Source of the DNA: Myxococcales bacterium UBA1203
Lineage (GTDB): Bacteria > Myxococcota > Myxococcia > Myxococcales > UBA5297
Reading direction: 5' to 3'
Assembly: GCA_002309695.1 (NCBI GenBank)
Contig: DBXV01000016.1
Span: 180,625-244,624 of the forward strand
Length of the DNA: 64,000 nt
The position numbers and the translations under genes are program-made. The notes under the pieces are model-generated. The model worked only from the letters and a program-made list of their open reading frames with translations. It was not told the origin of the DNA and ran no database searches. Shown piece after piece: positions 49,545 through 60,100 of the stretch. Positions within the stretch are counted from its first letter, which is position 1; each line of letters begins with the position of its first letter.

Positions 49545-50876
49545 ATGAATAATAAAATGTTTCAGAGACTGATCTGGGTACTGGCCGTCCTGCTTTCCCT
49601 CGCCCTGGCCGGCGGCTGCGGCGGCACCATCAAGACCAAGAGCCAGCGCAAGTTCAGTCGAGAAAAGACGGCTTCGGCGCTGAAAAAGCTCGATCAGGAA
49701 GGGCTTTTGATTGGTGAATTTCCGCTGAGAGCGAATAAGGCCATTTTGGACGGTGATACCGTCGTCGTCGAAGGGCTGGATGCGTCGCTTCGCCTCATTG
49801 GCATCGACACGGAAGAAACCTTTAAGAAGGATTGGGAGCGGAAGCTCTACGCCAAGGGATTTGAGGAATATAAAAAGCAGCTGCGCGGCAATTCAAAGCG
49901 GCCTGTTAAAATGGCCACGCCCCTCGGAGAGGAAGCCAAGGTTTTCGCCGAAAAGTTTTTTAATGGCATCAAGACCGTCCGTCTCGAAAGAGACCATCCC
50001 GGGGAGCTTCGGGGCTTTTATGGACGTTATCTGGCCTATGTTTTTGCCAAGAAAAACGGCGAGTGGGTCAATTATAACATTGAATGCGTCCGTGCAGGCA
50101 TGAGCCCCTATTATACAAAGTATGCGCAGTCTCGCCGTTTCCATAAGGAGTTTCTGGAGGCGGAAGCGGAGGCCAAGGCTCAGAAGCTGGGTATTTGGGA
50201 TCCGAATAAAGAGCATTATACGGATTATGAAGAGCGCCAGGACTGGTGGTTCCGCCGCGGGGCCATCATCGATTATTTTGAGAGCGAGGAAAAGAAACAC
50301 GACAATTACTTCGCGCTGACCCGCTATAATACGATGATGGAGCTGGACAAACGAGTAGGACAAGAGGTCGTTGTTTTTGGTGCCATTGGCGATATTCGCT
50401 TCAATGAGCGCGGCCCCACTCTGGTCAAGATGTCACGCACCCGCTTCGAGAGTTTTGATGTGGTGTTTTTCGATAAGGATGTTTTTAATTCGCTGAATTT
50501 GGTTGATCAGAAAGGTGAATATATTTTTGTTCGCGGTGTGGTTCGTCGGTATAAAAATAAATATACCGGCAGAGAGACGCTGCAGATTATCGTCAATCTT
50601 CCCAGTCAGGTCTGGGTTCCCACCGATGCGCAGCTGGCGGAGCGCAAATCTTTGCAGGATATTTTGGTTCCGCTCCCGGCGATGCCCGAGGAAACGAAAT
50701 CGCCCGCTGCGGACCAGTCCGGTTCACCAATGGAGGAGCTGAATCTGGATAAGGAGCTGGATAATCTCTACAAAGACATCCCGAAGAACGATAAGATGTA
50801 TGACAGTGACACCAGTGACCGGCCGACCAAGGAAGACGGGTCGCCTGCGGACCTTAACTTCGACAACCTGACATGA
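49545..50876 (+). CDS. Thermonuclease (SNase) lipoprotein with probable C-terminal OB-fold
   Basis: Lipobox AGGC; DGDT, RLIGIDTEE, YGRYLAYV, AKAQKLGIW; VGQEVVVFGAI...GEYIFVRGVVRRY..LQIIV OB-like segment. Confidence 0.85.
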   Translation: MNNKMFQRLIWVLAVLLSLALAGGCGGTIKTKSQRKFSREKTASALKKLDQEGLLIGEFPLRANKAILDGDTVVVEGLDASLRLIGIDTEETFKKDWERKLYAKGFEEYKKQLRGNSKRPVKMATPLGEEAKVFAEKFFNGIKTVRLERDHPGELRGFYGRYLAYVFAKKNGEWVNYNIECVRAGMSPYYTKYAQSRRFHKEFLEAEAEAKAQKLGIWDPNKEHYTDYEERQDWWFRRGAIIDYFESEEKKHDNYFALTRYNTMMELDKRVGQEVVVFGAIGDIRFNERGPTLVKMSRTRFESFDVVFFDKDVFNSLNLVDQKGEYIFVRGVVRRYKNKYTGRETLQIIVNLPSQVWVPTDAQLAERKSLQDILVPLPAMPEETKSPAADQSGSPMEELNLDKELDNLYKDIPKNDKMYDSDTSDRPTKEDGSPADLNFDNLT

Positions 50877-50899
50877 TGTTCAGAACAGGAGGCAGTAAA

Positions 50900-53326
50900 A
50901 TGCAGAAATATCGTTTGAATGGAAAGCTCGCGGCAATCGGCAGCCTCGTGATGGCGGCAGCGCTGGCGGCCTGCGGAGGCAGTGAGAAAGGCGGCGGTTC
51001 CAAGTGCTCGGGCCTGCACGAGGGTGATTTTATTATTACCGAGTTTATGGCCAATCCGGCGGGCACGGATGATTTCAAGGAATACGTCGAGATTTATAAT
51101 CCGGGAAGTGAGCCTCTGGTTTTGGACGGCGTTCAGCTCCTCGTCGCCAAATCCGATGGTTCGAGCTCGAAGTCCAGCTGGCGGATTAAGGGCAGCGATG
51201 TCGTCATCAATCCGGGCGAGTATTTTGTCGTGGGTGATTTTGATGACACACAAGTGGATGAAGCAACCGGTGTGGCTCCCGAGCCCTATCAGCACCTGAG
51301 CTATTATTTTAATAAAAAGCTGGGCCTGAACAACAGCAACGGCATGATTGGCTTCAAGTGCGGCTCAACGGTGGTGGATTCGATCACCTATGAATCTTCC
51401 TCGGAGGCTCGTGCGCAGATTCTGAGCGGCGACAAGCTGAACAATCCCAAGGATCCCACCAGCTGGTGTGCCATTCCCAAGGAAGAAACATACGATATTA
51501 AAGAAATTACGTCATATACATACAATGACGACGGCAGCATCAAGAGCACCAAGCCCAATTACGGCACGCCGGGCAAGGCCAATCCCGCCGTCACCTGCGA
51601 TTATACCCCGCCGCCTGCCTGCGAGGCGGGGCCGGGACAGTGCTGCGACGATGAAACGGGCGAGGCGCGTGATATTGTTCCTCCTGAGCCGGGCAAGCTG
51701 ATTATTACCGAGATTATGGCGTATGCGGGTGACAATGTGACGCAGGAGGACGGTTCCACGAAATTTGTCGCCAATAAGAATTACCACTACGTGGAATTGT
51801 ATGCCAAGACGGACTTTGACCTGCAGGGGGTCAAGCTCAGCAAGAGCGATAAAGCCAAATGGGCCCTTCCGGGCAGTGACTGTATGCGCGTCTCCGCAGG
51901 TCAGGATTTTATTGTAGTCAAAAACAATAATTCGGCGGAGAACGGCGGATTGTCCGGCGACAAGCTCCTCCTTTCGTCGATGGACCTGAACCAGAGCGGA
52001 ACGCTGTCGATTCTGGTGACGAAAGGCACGGGCGAAAGCGCTCAGGACGTGGTCATTGACAGCGTCGAATATCCCAAGACGACGGCCAATACGTCGTGGC
52101 AGCGCTCCAATGATTACTCGAATAATTTCTGCGAGAGCACTGCAACGTATGGCAACGGATTCCACGGAACGCCCAGTGCGGAGAATACCAAATGCCCGGA
52201 AGTCGGGCCGAAATGTGAGACCCTGGCCGCAGGTCAGTGCTGCGACAAGGGAACGCCGCGGAATATTAAGACGCCTGCAGTCGATGATTTTGTTATCACG
52301 GAAATTATGGCCTACGCTGGGGACGACGTGGAGCAGGAAGACGGCTCTACTAAATTCACGGCTAATAAGAATTATCAGTTCATTGAAATCTTGTCCGACG
52401 AGGCCTTTGATCTGAACGGGCTGACCGTCAGCAAGAATGCGACGACGGGCAACTGGAAAATCGAGACCGATGAATGCGTCAGCGTTCCTGCAAATTCCTA
52501 TTTTGTCATTGCCAAAAATGGTGAAAAATCTGCCAACGGCGGCATTGATGCTGATTTCGTGTTATCCAAATTGGATATGAATCAGTCCGGGACGATTCAG
52601 TTCATTGCCGACAAGGGCGGGGCGAATCAAACCGTGATTGCCGAGGCGACGTATTCCAAGACGACGGTCAATACGTCTTGGCAGCTTTCCGGCGATGATT
52701 CTGGAAAATACTGCGAGAGCTCTGAGACCTATGGCGAGAAATTCTACGGAACGCCTGGCGAGGAAAACTCTGAATGCGCCGGCGCCACGTGTCTCGACAA
52801 TGGGACTGCTCGCAAGGTCAATCCCGCTGGCGTGGGCGATTTAGTCATCACCGAAATGATGACGAATCCTGTGGGAGCAAATGCGACTGAAAAGACTCCT
52901 GCCAAATGGTTTGAGATCAAAGCCAACAAAGCAGTAGATATGAACGGCGTGGTGATGAAGACCGATAAAACCGAAACCATTCAAGATGAAAAGTGCCTCA
53001 GCGTTCAGGCTGGTGGCTATTTTGTGGTGGCCTTCAGCGACGATTCCTCGGTGAACGGCGGCCTTCCTGCGAACGTCATCGGCTATGTTCAGTCGAAACT
53101 TGCTCTGACTTACAGTGGTACCGGCGATGGAACCTTGACGCTCTCCGATGCTGAGGGCACGGAACTCTCTTCCGCGACCTATCCTAAAAAATGGACGCAG
53201 GCGGGCTATTCCATCCAATTTGAGGGTTCATCCTACTGTGCGGCCGCTGCCAATTCTGAATATGGAACGGCAGGGAATCACGGAACGCCCGGTGCGGCCA
53301 ATACCGTCTGCCCGGTCGGTCAGTAA
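50900..53326 (+). CDS. Lipoprotein with four lamin-tail (LTD) domains and Cys-rich linkers
   Basis: Lipobox LAAC; four units of (F/L)(I/V)ITE(F/I/M)M...(Y/F)(V/I/F)E(I/L)...GTP(G/S)xxN. Confidence 0.82.
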   Translation: MQKYRLNGKLAAIGSLVMAAALAACGGSEKGGGSKCSGLHEGDFIITEFMANPAGTDDFKEYVEIYNPGSEPLVLDGVQLLVAKSDGSSSKSSWRIKGSDVVINPGEYFVVGDFDDTQVDEATGVAPEPYQHLSYYFNKKLGLNNSNGMIGFKCGSTVVDSITYESSSEARAQILSGDKLNNPKDPTSWCAIPKEETYDIKEITSYTYNDDGSIKSTKPNYGTPGKANPAVTCDYTPPPACEAGPGQCCDDETGEARDIVPPEPGKLIITEIMAYAGDNVTQEDGSTKFVANKNYHYVELYAKTDFDLQGVKLSKSDKAKWALPGSDCMRVSAGQDFIVVKNNNSAENGGLSGDKLLLSSMDLNQSGTLSILVTKGTGESAQDVVIDSVEYPKTTANTSWQRSNDYSNNFCESTATYGNGFHGTPSAENTKCPEVGPKCETLAAGQCCDKGTPRNIKTPAVDDFVITEIMAYAGDDVEQEDGSTKFTANKNYQFIEILSDEAFDLNGLTVSKNATTGNWKIETDECVSVPANSYFVIAKNGEKSANGGIDADFVLSKLDMNQSGTIQFIADKGGANQTVIAEATYSKTTVNTSWQLSGDDSGKYCESSETYGEKFYGTPGEENSECAGATCLDNGTARKVNPAGVGDLVITEMMTNPVGANATEKTPAKWFEIKANKAVDMNGVVMKTDKTETIQDEKCLSVQAGGYFVVAFSDDSSVNGGLPANVIGYVQSKLALTYSGTGDGTLTLSDAEGTELSSATYPKKWTQAGYSIQFEGSSYCAAAANSEYGTAGNHGTPGAANTVCPVGQ

Positions 53327-53338
53327 ATTCGTGAGGAA

Positions 53339-53911
53339 ATGAGCGCTGAAATGCGATCCTCAATGATCATTCCGATCTGTATGTCATTGTTCGCCACCCC
53401 CTTCGCAGTCTCCGGCTGCGGAGGGGATGATGATGCCTGCGGGCCGACCAAAGGTGAAATCACCGAGGTGACGGACGGCGACACCATCAAAGTGACGACG
53501 GAGGATGAGGAGACTATCACCGTTCGCTTGCTTCTGACGGACACGCCGGAGACGACCAAGGGCAAGGAGGAGTGCTACGGTCAGAAGGCCAAGGCGCTGA
53601 CAAAGAGCTTTCTCTTCAAGCGGGTGAAGCTCTCCTACGAGTCCGGGGATTCCTGCACGGATATGTATGGCCGCTACCTCGCCTATGTGACGCCTGCGGG
53701 TGAATCTCAGTCCATCAATGAACAGCTGGTGGCTGGTGGATTTGCCCGTGTCTGCCGGATTGGTTGCGACGAATCCAAATATGATGAATTTGCCGATTTG
53801 GAAGCCGCCGCTCAGGAATCTGAATTGGGCCTCTGGAATACGGAGACATGCCCGGATGGCTACAATTTGGCGTCGTGGGGCGCTTCGGGATGCAACAGGA
53901 AATGCAAGTAG
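53339..53911 (+). CDS. Thermonuclease (SNase) lipoprotein
   Basis: VSGC lipobox; VTDGDTI, VRLLLTDTPET, DMYGRYLAYV, NEQLVAGGFA, ELGLW. Confidence 0.88.
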   Translation: MSAEMRSSMIIPICMSLFATPFAVSGCGGDDDACGPTKGEITEVTDGDTIKVTTEDEETITVRLLLTDTPETTKGKEECYGQKAKALTKSFLFKRVKLSYESGDSCTDMYGRYLAYVTPAGESQSINEQLVAGGFARVCRIGCDESKYDEFADLEAAAQESELGLWNTETCPDGYNLASWGASGCNRKCK

Positions 53912-53966
53912 TTTCGCCTGGATAAAAAGGGATGATGGGCGTATCCCTTTCAGGGTGGCAAAAACA

Positions 53967-54006
53967 AAACGGCTCTGGAGTATTTCTCCGGAGCCGTTTT
54001 TTTTTT
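53967..54006. terminator. Terminator closing the HhH-barrel/nuclease operon
   Basis: AAACGGCTCTGGAG...CTCCGGAGCCGTTTTTTTTTT. Confidence 0.75.
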
Positions 54007-54083
54007 ATGTAATGTTGCTATAATACTGAAATTATAATTCTGAAGGAGAAGTCAAACTTAACTGAACATAATTTTGTTCCCCG

Positions 54084-54851
54084 TTATTTGCCAGGGATGG
54101 AAAATTTGATCAGGTAATGTCCCATTAAAAACTGCGCTCCCTGGCTGACGGGATACATCCCATGAACCCGGATAAAAGTTCCATTGGATGAACTCAGGTC
54201 GCGGAGGCTCACCTGCGAACCCTCGATCTCAAAGCGGGCGTGGTTGCTGGAGATGAAGTTGTCTGTCGGATGAAAGACAATGTCGCCGCGTTCCCTGCCC
54301 ACCTGATTCGGGGCATTTTCTCTGAGAATGAATGTGTCCCCGACAATGCCGCCGTCCAGCAGGTCGGAGAGTCGCGCTCTGGCCATTCCTCTTGGGGCCC
54401 CCCAGAAACCCTCCAGCGGTTTTTCTTCGGGAGGTTCCAGTTCTTCGAGGAGGCATCGGTGGCTGCCAAAGCGCAGTTCAGAGGGCAGCAGCAGCTCTTC
54501 TTTGCCGAAGACGCGTCGAAACAGACCGTCATTCCCCAAATCCTCAATGAAGATGTCGTCATCGTGAGAGGAGATTTTCAGGCACGCGTGCGATTGGGCG
54601 GAGGTGTCGGCGGGTGCAATAATTTCGGCATCCTCGTCGAGCAGGATGTCACCCATGGTCACCGGGATATTTCGGGCCTGGCCGCCGTCGGCGCGCACAA
54701 TGGAAATAGCAAATGGCGCGTGCGCCCCGCTTTCACCGTGATTCCGGGGGACATTCGTCCAGGGAAGTTCCCCTGCTGCTTCTCCGGAAGCGTCCTGCGA
54801 TTGTGAGGAGAGGGCTGAAAACGCATTTTCAAATTCATTGGATTGAGACAT
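54084..54851 (-). CDS. FHA domain protein (one degenerate and one canonical FHA)
   Basis: C-terminal VGRE..ISSNHA..DLSSSNGTF; upstream degenerate SHAC..IEDLGNDGLF. Confidence 0.82.
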   Translation of the reverse strand: MSQSNEFENAFSALSSQSQDASGEAAGELPWTNVPRNHGESGAHAPFAISIVRADGGQARNIPVTMGDILLDEDAEIIAPADTSAQSHACLKISSHDDDIFIEDLGNDGLFRRVFGKEELLLPSELRFGSHRCLLEELEPPEEKPLEGFWGAPRGMARARLSDLLDGGIVGDTFILRENAPNQVGRERGDIVFHPTDNFISSNHARFEIEGSQVSLRDLSSSNGTFIRVHGMYPVSQGAQFLMGHYLIKFSIPGK

Positions 54852-55217
54852 GGCCGGACCACCTGAAAGCGTGAAGGGTGAAAAAATTTGCCGGTCACAC
54901 AGCGCCGAAGGCAGGAACAGTCAACAGGCTGAATAAGAAATAATGAGAAACGATGTATTAAATGAAACATTTCATTGAATTCAGATGAATAATTCCGGCA
55001 GATAATAATTCAGAAAAATAAAAAAACGCCTGCCGGTCAGAGACGCAGACGGGCGCTTTGGACTGGGGGGACAGTGGCGATGGGAGTGCCGGAATGGCCG
55101 TGCGTCCGATGGATTTTCGACCGGGAACACGATGGAAAACGGGCATTTTGTCGTCTTGATATAGACTGGGCGCTGTGCCATGGCGCCGCCCGCTTTGCCC
55201 ATTCCCTGACCTACTGA

Positions 55218-56852
55218 ATGGTAATCATGTCATCCGAAACAGATACAGAACAGAACAACGATTTCATCTGCCCATCCTGTGAGAAGCATGTCGCCGCCGG
55301 CATCAAGTTTTGTCCGTCCTGCGGAACCCCCATCGTTCATGCGCCCGGCAATGACCAGTGGATTGGCAGAATCGTCGCCGGCAAATACCGGGTCGAAGAG
55401 CTGATTGGCGAAGGCGGCATGGGGCAGGTGTTCAAGGCCACACAGCTGTCGCTCGATAAGTCCATCGTCCTCAAGGTGCTGCGAAAATCGCTGTTGTCCG
55501 ACGCGCGGACGGTGGCGCGATTCCAGCGCGAGGCCAAGGCTGCCAGCCGGCTCAACCATCCCAATGCCATTGGAATCATCGACTTCGGCCAGGACAGCGA
55601 CGACGCTCTCTACATCGCGATGGAATACGTCCAGGGAAAGGACCTGCATCAGATTTTGACGGATGAGGGGCCGATTCCCGAGCGGCGGCTTATTCGCATT
55701 GTGGCCCAGATGCTGGCGGCTCTTTCCGAGGCTCACGCTGTCGGCGTCATCCATCGCGATCTGAAGCCGGAAAACATCATGATCGAGCAGCGGCGGGACC
55801 AGCCGGACTTCGTCAAGGTGCTCGATTTTGGCATTGCCAAACTTCAGGAAGCGCCTGGCAGCGAGGGACAGGCGCTGACGCGGGCCGGTTTTGTGTGTGG
55901 AACGCCGGAATACATGAGCCCTGAGCAGGCCAGCGGCGCGGCAGTGGACCCCCGGAGCGATTTGTACTCGGTGGGCGTGATTCTTTATCAGTGCCTGACG
56001 GGCGTCCTGCCGTTCGACGCGGATTCACCTGTGGCGCTGGCGACGATGCACCTTTCGGAAGACCCCGTTCCGCCGCGGCAGAAGAATCCGGACATTCATT
56101 GTTCCGACGCGCTGGAAAAACTGATTCTCAAGGCCATGGCGAAGCTGCCCGAGGAACGTCCTCAGACTGCGGATCAGTTTCGGACAGAGCTTCTGGCCAT
56201 CGAGAAGTCGCAGAGGGCGGCCGCCAAGCGCGAGGCTTCTGCGCGGCGGCATGGCAGCAAAGGCGGCGGTTACCGTCTGGATGAATCAGGCGATGTCTCG
56301 ATCTCCAAATCGCACAGCGTCGTCCGTTCATCGGTAGTGCCCGGCGCTTCAGAGGCTGCCGCCTCACCGGCGATGCCGACGGCGAATGACACGCCGGCGG
56401 AAACGGCCGCTGTGCAGGCGTCTCGCGGAAAAGCGGTGCATCCGCAGAAGGGCGCTGTCACCAGCGTGACCAGAAAGCCGGCAGTGCTGATGTTTGGACT
56501 GGCGGCAGCAGCTCTCGTGGTCATCTGCATCGGCGCGGCAGCCATCTTTTTGGGGGAAAAAACTGTGGACCCCGCGCAGGCCGTCGCCAGCGGAGATGCG
56601 GCATTTCTGAGCAAGGATTACGCGCAGGCGTTCCAGCACTATCAGGCTGCATCCAGAGCCGAGCCCTCCGCGGAGCACACCAAGCGGGAGGCGATGGCTC
56701 TGCTCGCGATGGGCAAGAACAAGGAATTCGTTCAGGCGCTGAAGAAATACCGGCAGCAGAGCGGCGGCACGGGGACCGATATGCAGTTCGTCGATCGCTA
56801 TCTGGAAAGCATCGCCAGGGATTCCGGCCCGATGGGGGCGGCGGGCCCGTGA
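55218..56852 (+). CDS. Ser/Thr protein kinase with N-terminal zinc ribbon, TM and TPR-like C-terminus
   Basis: CPSC..CPSC; IGEGGMGQV, VLK, HRDLKPEN, DFG, GTPEYMSPEQ, DLYSVG; TM VLMFGL...AIFL. Confidence 0.93.
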   Translation: MVIMSSETDTEQNNDFICPSCEKHVAAGIKFCPSCGTPIVHAPGNDQWIGRIVAGKYRVEELIGEGGMGQVFKATQLSLDKSIVLKVLRKSLLSDARTVARFQREAKAASRLNHPNAIGIIDFGQDSDDALYIAMEYVQGKDLHQILTDEGPIPERRLIRIVAQMLAALSEAHAVGVIHRDLKPENIMIEQRRDQPDFVKVLDFGIAKLQEAPGSEGQALTRAGFVCGTPEYMSPEQASGAAVDPRSDLYSVGVILYQCLTGVLPFDADSPVALATMHLSEDPVPPRQKNPDIHCSDALEKLILKAMAKLPEERPQTADQFRTELLAIEKSQRAAAKREASARRHGSKGGGYRLDESGDVSISKSHSVVRSSVVPGASEAAASPAMPTANDTPAETAAVQASRGKAVHPQKGAVTSVTRKPAVLMFGLAAAALVVICIGAAAIFLGEKTVDPAQAVASGDAAFLSKDYAQAFQHYQAASRAEPSAEHTKREAMALLAMGKNKEFVQALKKYRQQSGGTGTDMQFVDRYLESIARDSGPMGAAGP

Positions 56853-57108
56853 GCTGATTCGCGTTGATTTTTGTGCGCGGGGGGAAGGCGTTCTGAGGCG
56901 GCTCGTCAGCGCGTGAATTTGGCAGATGCCGCCGCGTCCGCCTTGCGTTGCCTCACCGCTTTGTCAGTGCGGGGAGCGGCGGATTTCGGCTGGTCATTTT
57001 TGCTGTTGTCTTTGTCGCCGGCGTTTTGGGGGAGTGGCGCGCGCCGGGGACGCGAAACACGGTTTCCACTGGTGGCTCGGCTGCGGCCGCGCCCGAAAGA
57101 GCGTTGCG

Positions 57109-60100
57109 ATGTCTCGTTACAAACTGATGAGCCGGCTGGATGCCCGGGAGCTGGCCGATGTCTTTCTGGCGAACAGGACGGACGGCGGCCGTTCGGGCGG
57201 CAAGGTCCTGTGCAAAATTTATTTTCAGCGCTTCACGACGCCGGAGTTTGCCCACGCCCTGGCAAAAGCCGCTCAGGAGGCCCAGGACCTGAACCTGCCC
57301 GGCGTGCTCGCCTATGACGAGGTCGGCTTCGTCCAGACGCACCTTGTGGCGATTCGCGAGTGCATTGACGGCTACGCGATGGATGACGTCCTCCACCGCC
57401 TGAATTCCAAGGAAGTCGTCATGACGCCGCAGCTTGCGGTGTGGTTCACGTCCGAGGTCGCCCGCGTCGTCGGGGGAATTCACGCCGCCGGCGCTGTCCA
57501 TGGAGCTCTGGGCTCGACGAACATCTTGGTGGGGTTTGACGGCCGCGTCGCTGTCAGCGGGATGGGGATGATGCGGGCGGCCGGAGCGTCGATGCCGACG
57601 CGGCTGGTCGCCTTCAAGCTGCACCGCGGTTACAGGGCGCCTGAGCAGCGCGATCCATGCACGGCGAGCAGCGCTTCGGATGTCTATGCGCTGGGATGCC
57701 TCCTCTATGAGCTGCTGACGATGGTTCCGGTTTCGAGCGTGCGCAGCGGTGGGCTCTCCACCAAGAGGGATACGCTCCAGCCGCCTTCCCGGCTCAACAG
57801 GCGCATCAACGCCCATATCGATCCCATCGTGATGCGCGCGCTGGAGCAGGTGCCCTCCCGGCGCTATCCGAACGCGGCGGATTTTGCCGACGCGCTGATG
57901 GGACTCTTTCCCGCGATTGGCGCCTGTCCGAATCAGGCCGAACTGGGGAAGTTCGCTCACGAAGTCTTTCCCAATGAGATTTCCCTGACGGGGGCGCAGA
58001 CCGGCTCGTCGGACTGGCCCATTCAGGATGAGTTCTCGCTGGAGCAGAAAGAGAAAATTGTCGTCTCTGCTGCTTCATCTTCATCCGCCGCGGAAACGGC
58101 GGAGGCCCCCTCGGGAACGGACGATTTTTCCAAACTTATTTTCGATGACCTGGATGCCGATTTCTTCGACGACATCGGAGCGCAGAAGGCGTCGGACGCG
58201 GGGAATACTCCCTCGGATGCCGCTTTGCCTCCTCCGGTCCCTGCGGCTGTTCCAGCGCCGCCTGCTCCGCCGACCCCTTCGGAGGAATCGGGGAATGCCG
58301 AGGACGACCCGTTTGGTTCCTGGGACGCGCCTCCGGGCGAGCTGCCGAAAATTGTCCGCAGGGTGAGTGTCGTTGCGTCCAATCCCGCGGCGGAAGCGCA
58401 GCCGCTTTCCGGGGATGCGCAGGCTTCTCCTGAGACAGTGAGTGCGGCGCCTGACGCGGGATTAACGGATGCCCAAAACAGCGCGTCGGAGGCCGTGGAG
58501 CCGGAACCTGGGGAGCCGCTGGTTCTCTCCGATGACGACATCGAATCTCTGCTCGAAAGCGACAGCGCTGCACCGCCTGAGGAAGGGGAGAAAGTGCCTG
58601 CGGCGGATGCGCCTCAAAGCGGCGAGCCGTCCATTCCTGAAGCGCCGAAGTCCGAAACGCCTGTGCCAGAGGGTGCGAAGGAGGATACCGGGGGACTTCC
58701 CTGGTCAGCGGAGCCTGCTGCAGCCGAGACGGTGCTTCCGGAGGCCGCTGCGCCGGTGCCTCTTTCAGACGAGAAAGCAGTGCAGACCGATGAAGCGGGC
58801 GGTGAGACACCTGCTGCTCCGGCAAATGCTTCTCAGGCGGCCGCGGAGACAGAACACGTCCCTGAATCCGTTGTGGAAGCGTCATCCCTGCCGCCTTTGC
58901 CATCGGAGGCGCGCGAAGAATCGCCTGAGACAGCTTCTGCAGATGCAGCGGCCGAAACCGCGCCCGCTGAGAACAACGTGCCTCTGGAGGCGCCTGCTGC
59001 GGCAGAGAAGGCTTCGGAGAAGGCCGGCGAATCGGCGAAAGATGAGGACGATGCGGCGCAGCCGGCTGGCGCGGCTGTAGATGAGGTTGTGGACGCTGAA
59101 GCTCCCGCGGCACCTCCTGCTGCGGCTGAGGCGTCAACGAAGCCGGCGGCTGATTCCTCCGCGAATGACGTTGCGGCGAGCCTGAATCAGCTGGTTGCCG
59201 ACATGCCTTCTTTGCGGACAGCTGCGCGCTCCAGACCTCAGGCAGGCAGCGAAGCTATTCAGGACAAAGCGGCGGCTCAGGCAGATGCGGTCAGTTCTCA
59301 GGCAGCGCCGCCTTCGCCGAACACGTCGGGCTCGTCAGGACCACAGACGGAAATTTCGGACGCGGCGGCCAGTCTGGCGGGGACCGAGTGGGACGATGCG
59401 CCTCAGACGTCTCCTTCGGCGCCTTTGCCGTCCAGCAGTGCGGATGCTTCTCCTGCTGAAGGTGCTTCTGCCGAAGCTGGCGGCACGTCTCTGGATTCTT
59501 GGGACGCGCCGGCCGGAGCCATGCCGAAAATTGTCCGCCGGAAGAATTTTGGCGCGCCGGAGGGTCAGGATGAGTCCGACTCTGCCGCCGCCAATGGTGA
59601 CGCCGCCCCGGCTGCGAACGCTGAATCTGCGGACGCACCCTCAGGCGCAGATTTCGCCGGGACAGGCTTTTTGGGCGAGGACAGCGGGGAGCAGACCACC
59701 AAGTCCAATACGGAGGTGTCGATTCCCGTGGTGTCGGCCGTCGCGATGCCTGCCAGCGATGCAGCTGAGCCGGCATCGTCCAAGCGGAAGCCAAAGCGCC
59801 GCCATCGCTCAAAGCAGGAGGGCACAGCCGCCGCGCCTCTCGAGGAGGAGGACTGGCACGTCAAGCCGCCGGAGCCGATGAAGGCGGATCCGTCGATGCA
59901 ATCCAAATACGCGAGGAAGACCGTCATCTGGATTATCGCCGTTGTTGTGGCGGCAGCTGCGGCGATTGGTGTGGTGCAGGCCGTCTTTTCAGCGAAGGAC
60001 AAGGCCGCCACCGCGGACTTCGCCAAAGACACGGCCTCCAAGCTTCAGTCGGCTCTGAGCAGCACGCAGGAGAGCGTCGCCTATCTGTCGATTCAGTCGG

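Noticed and set aside
47217-53911. Nuclease operon as an anti-phage defence or toxin-immunity locus
   Set aside because: All products carry export signals; no cytoplasmic sensor, ATPase or small immunity gene, so an envelope or extracellular role fits better
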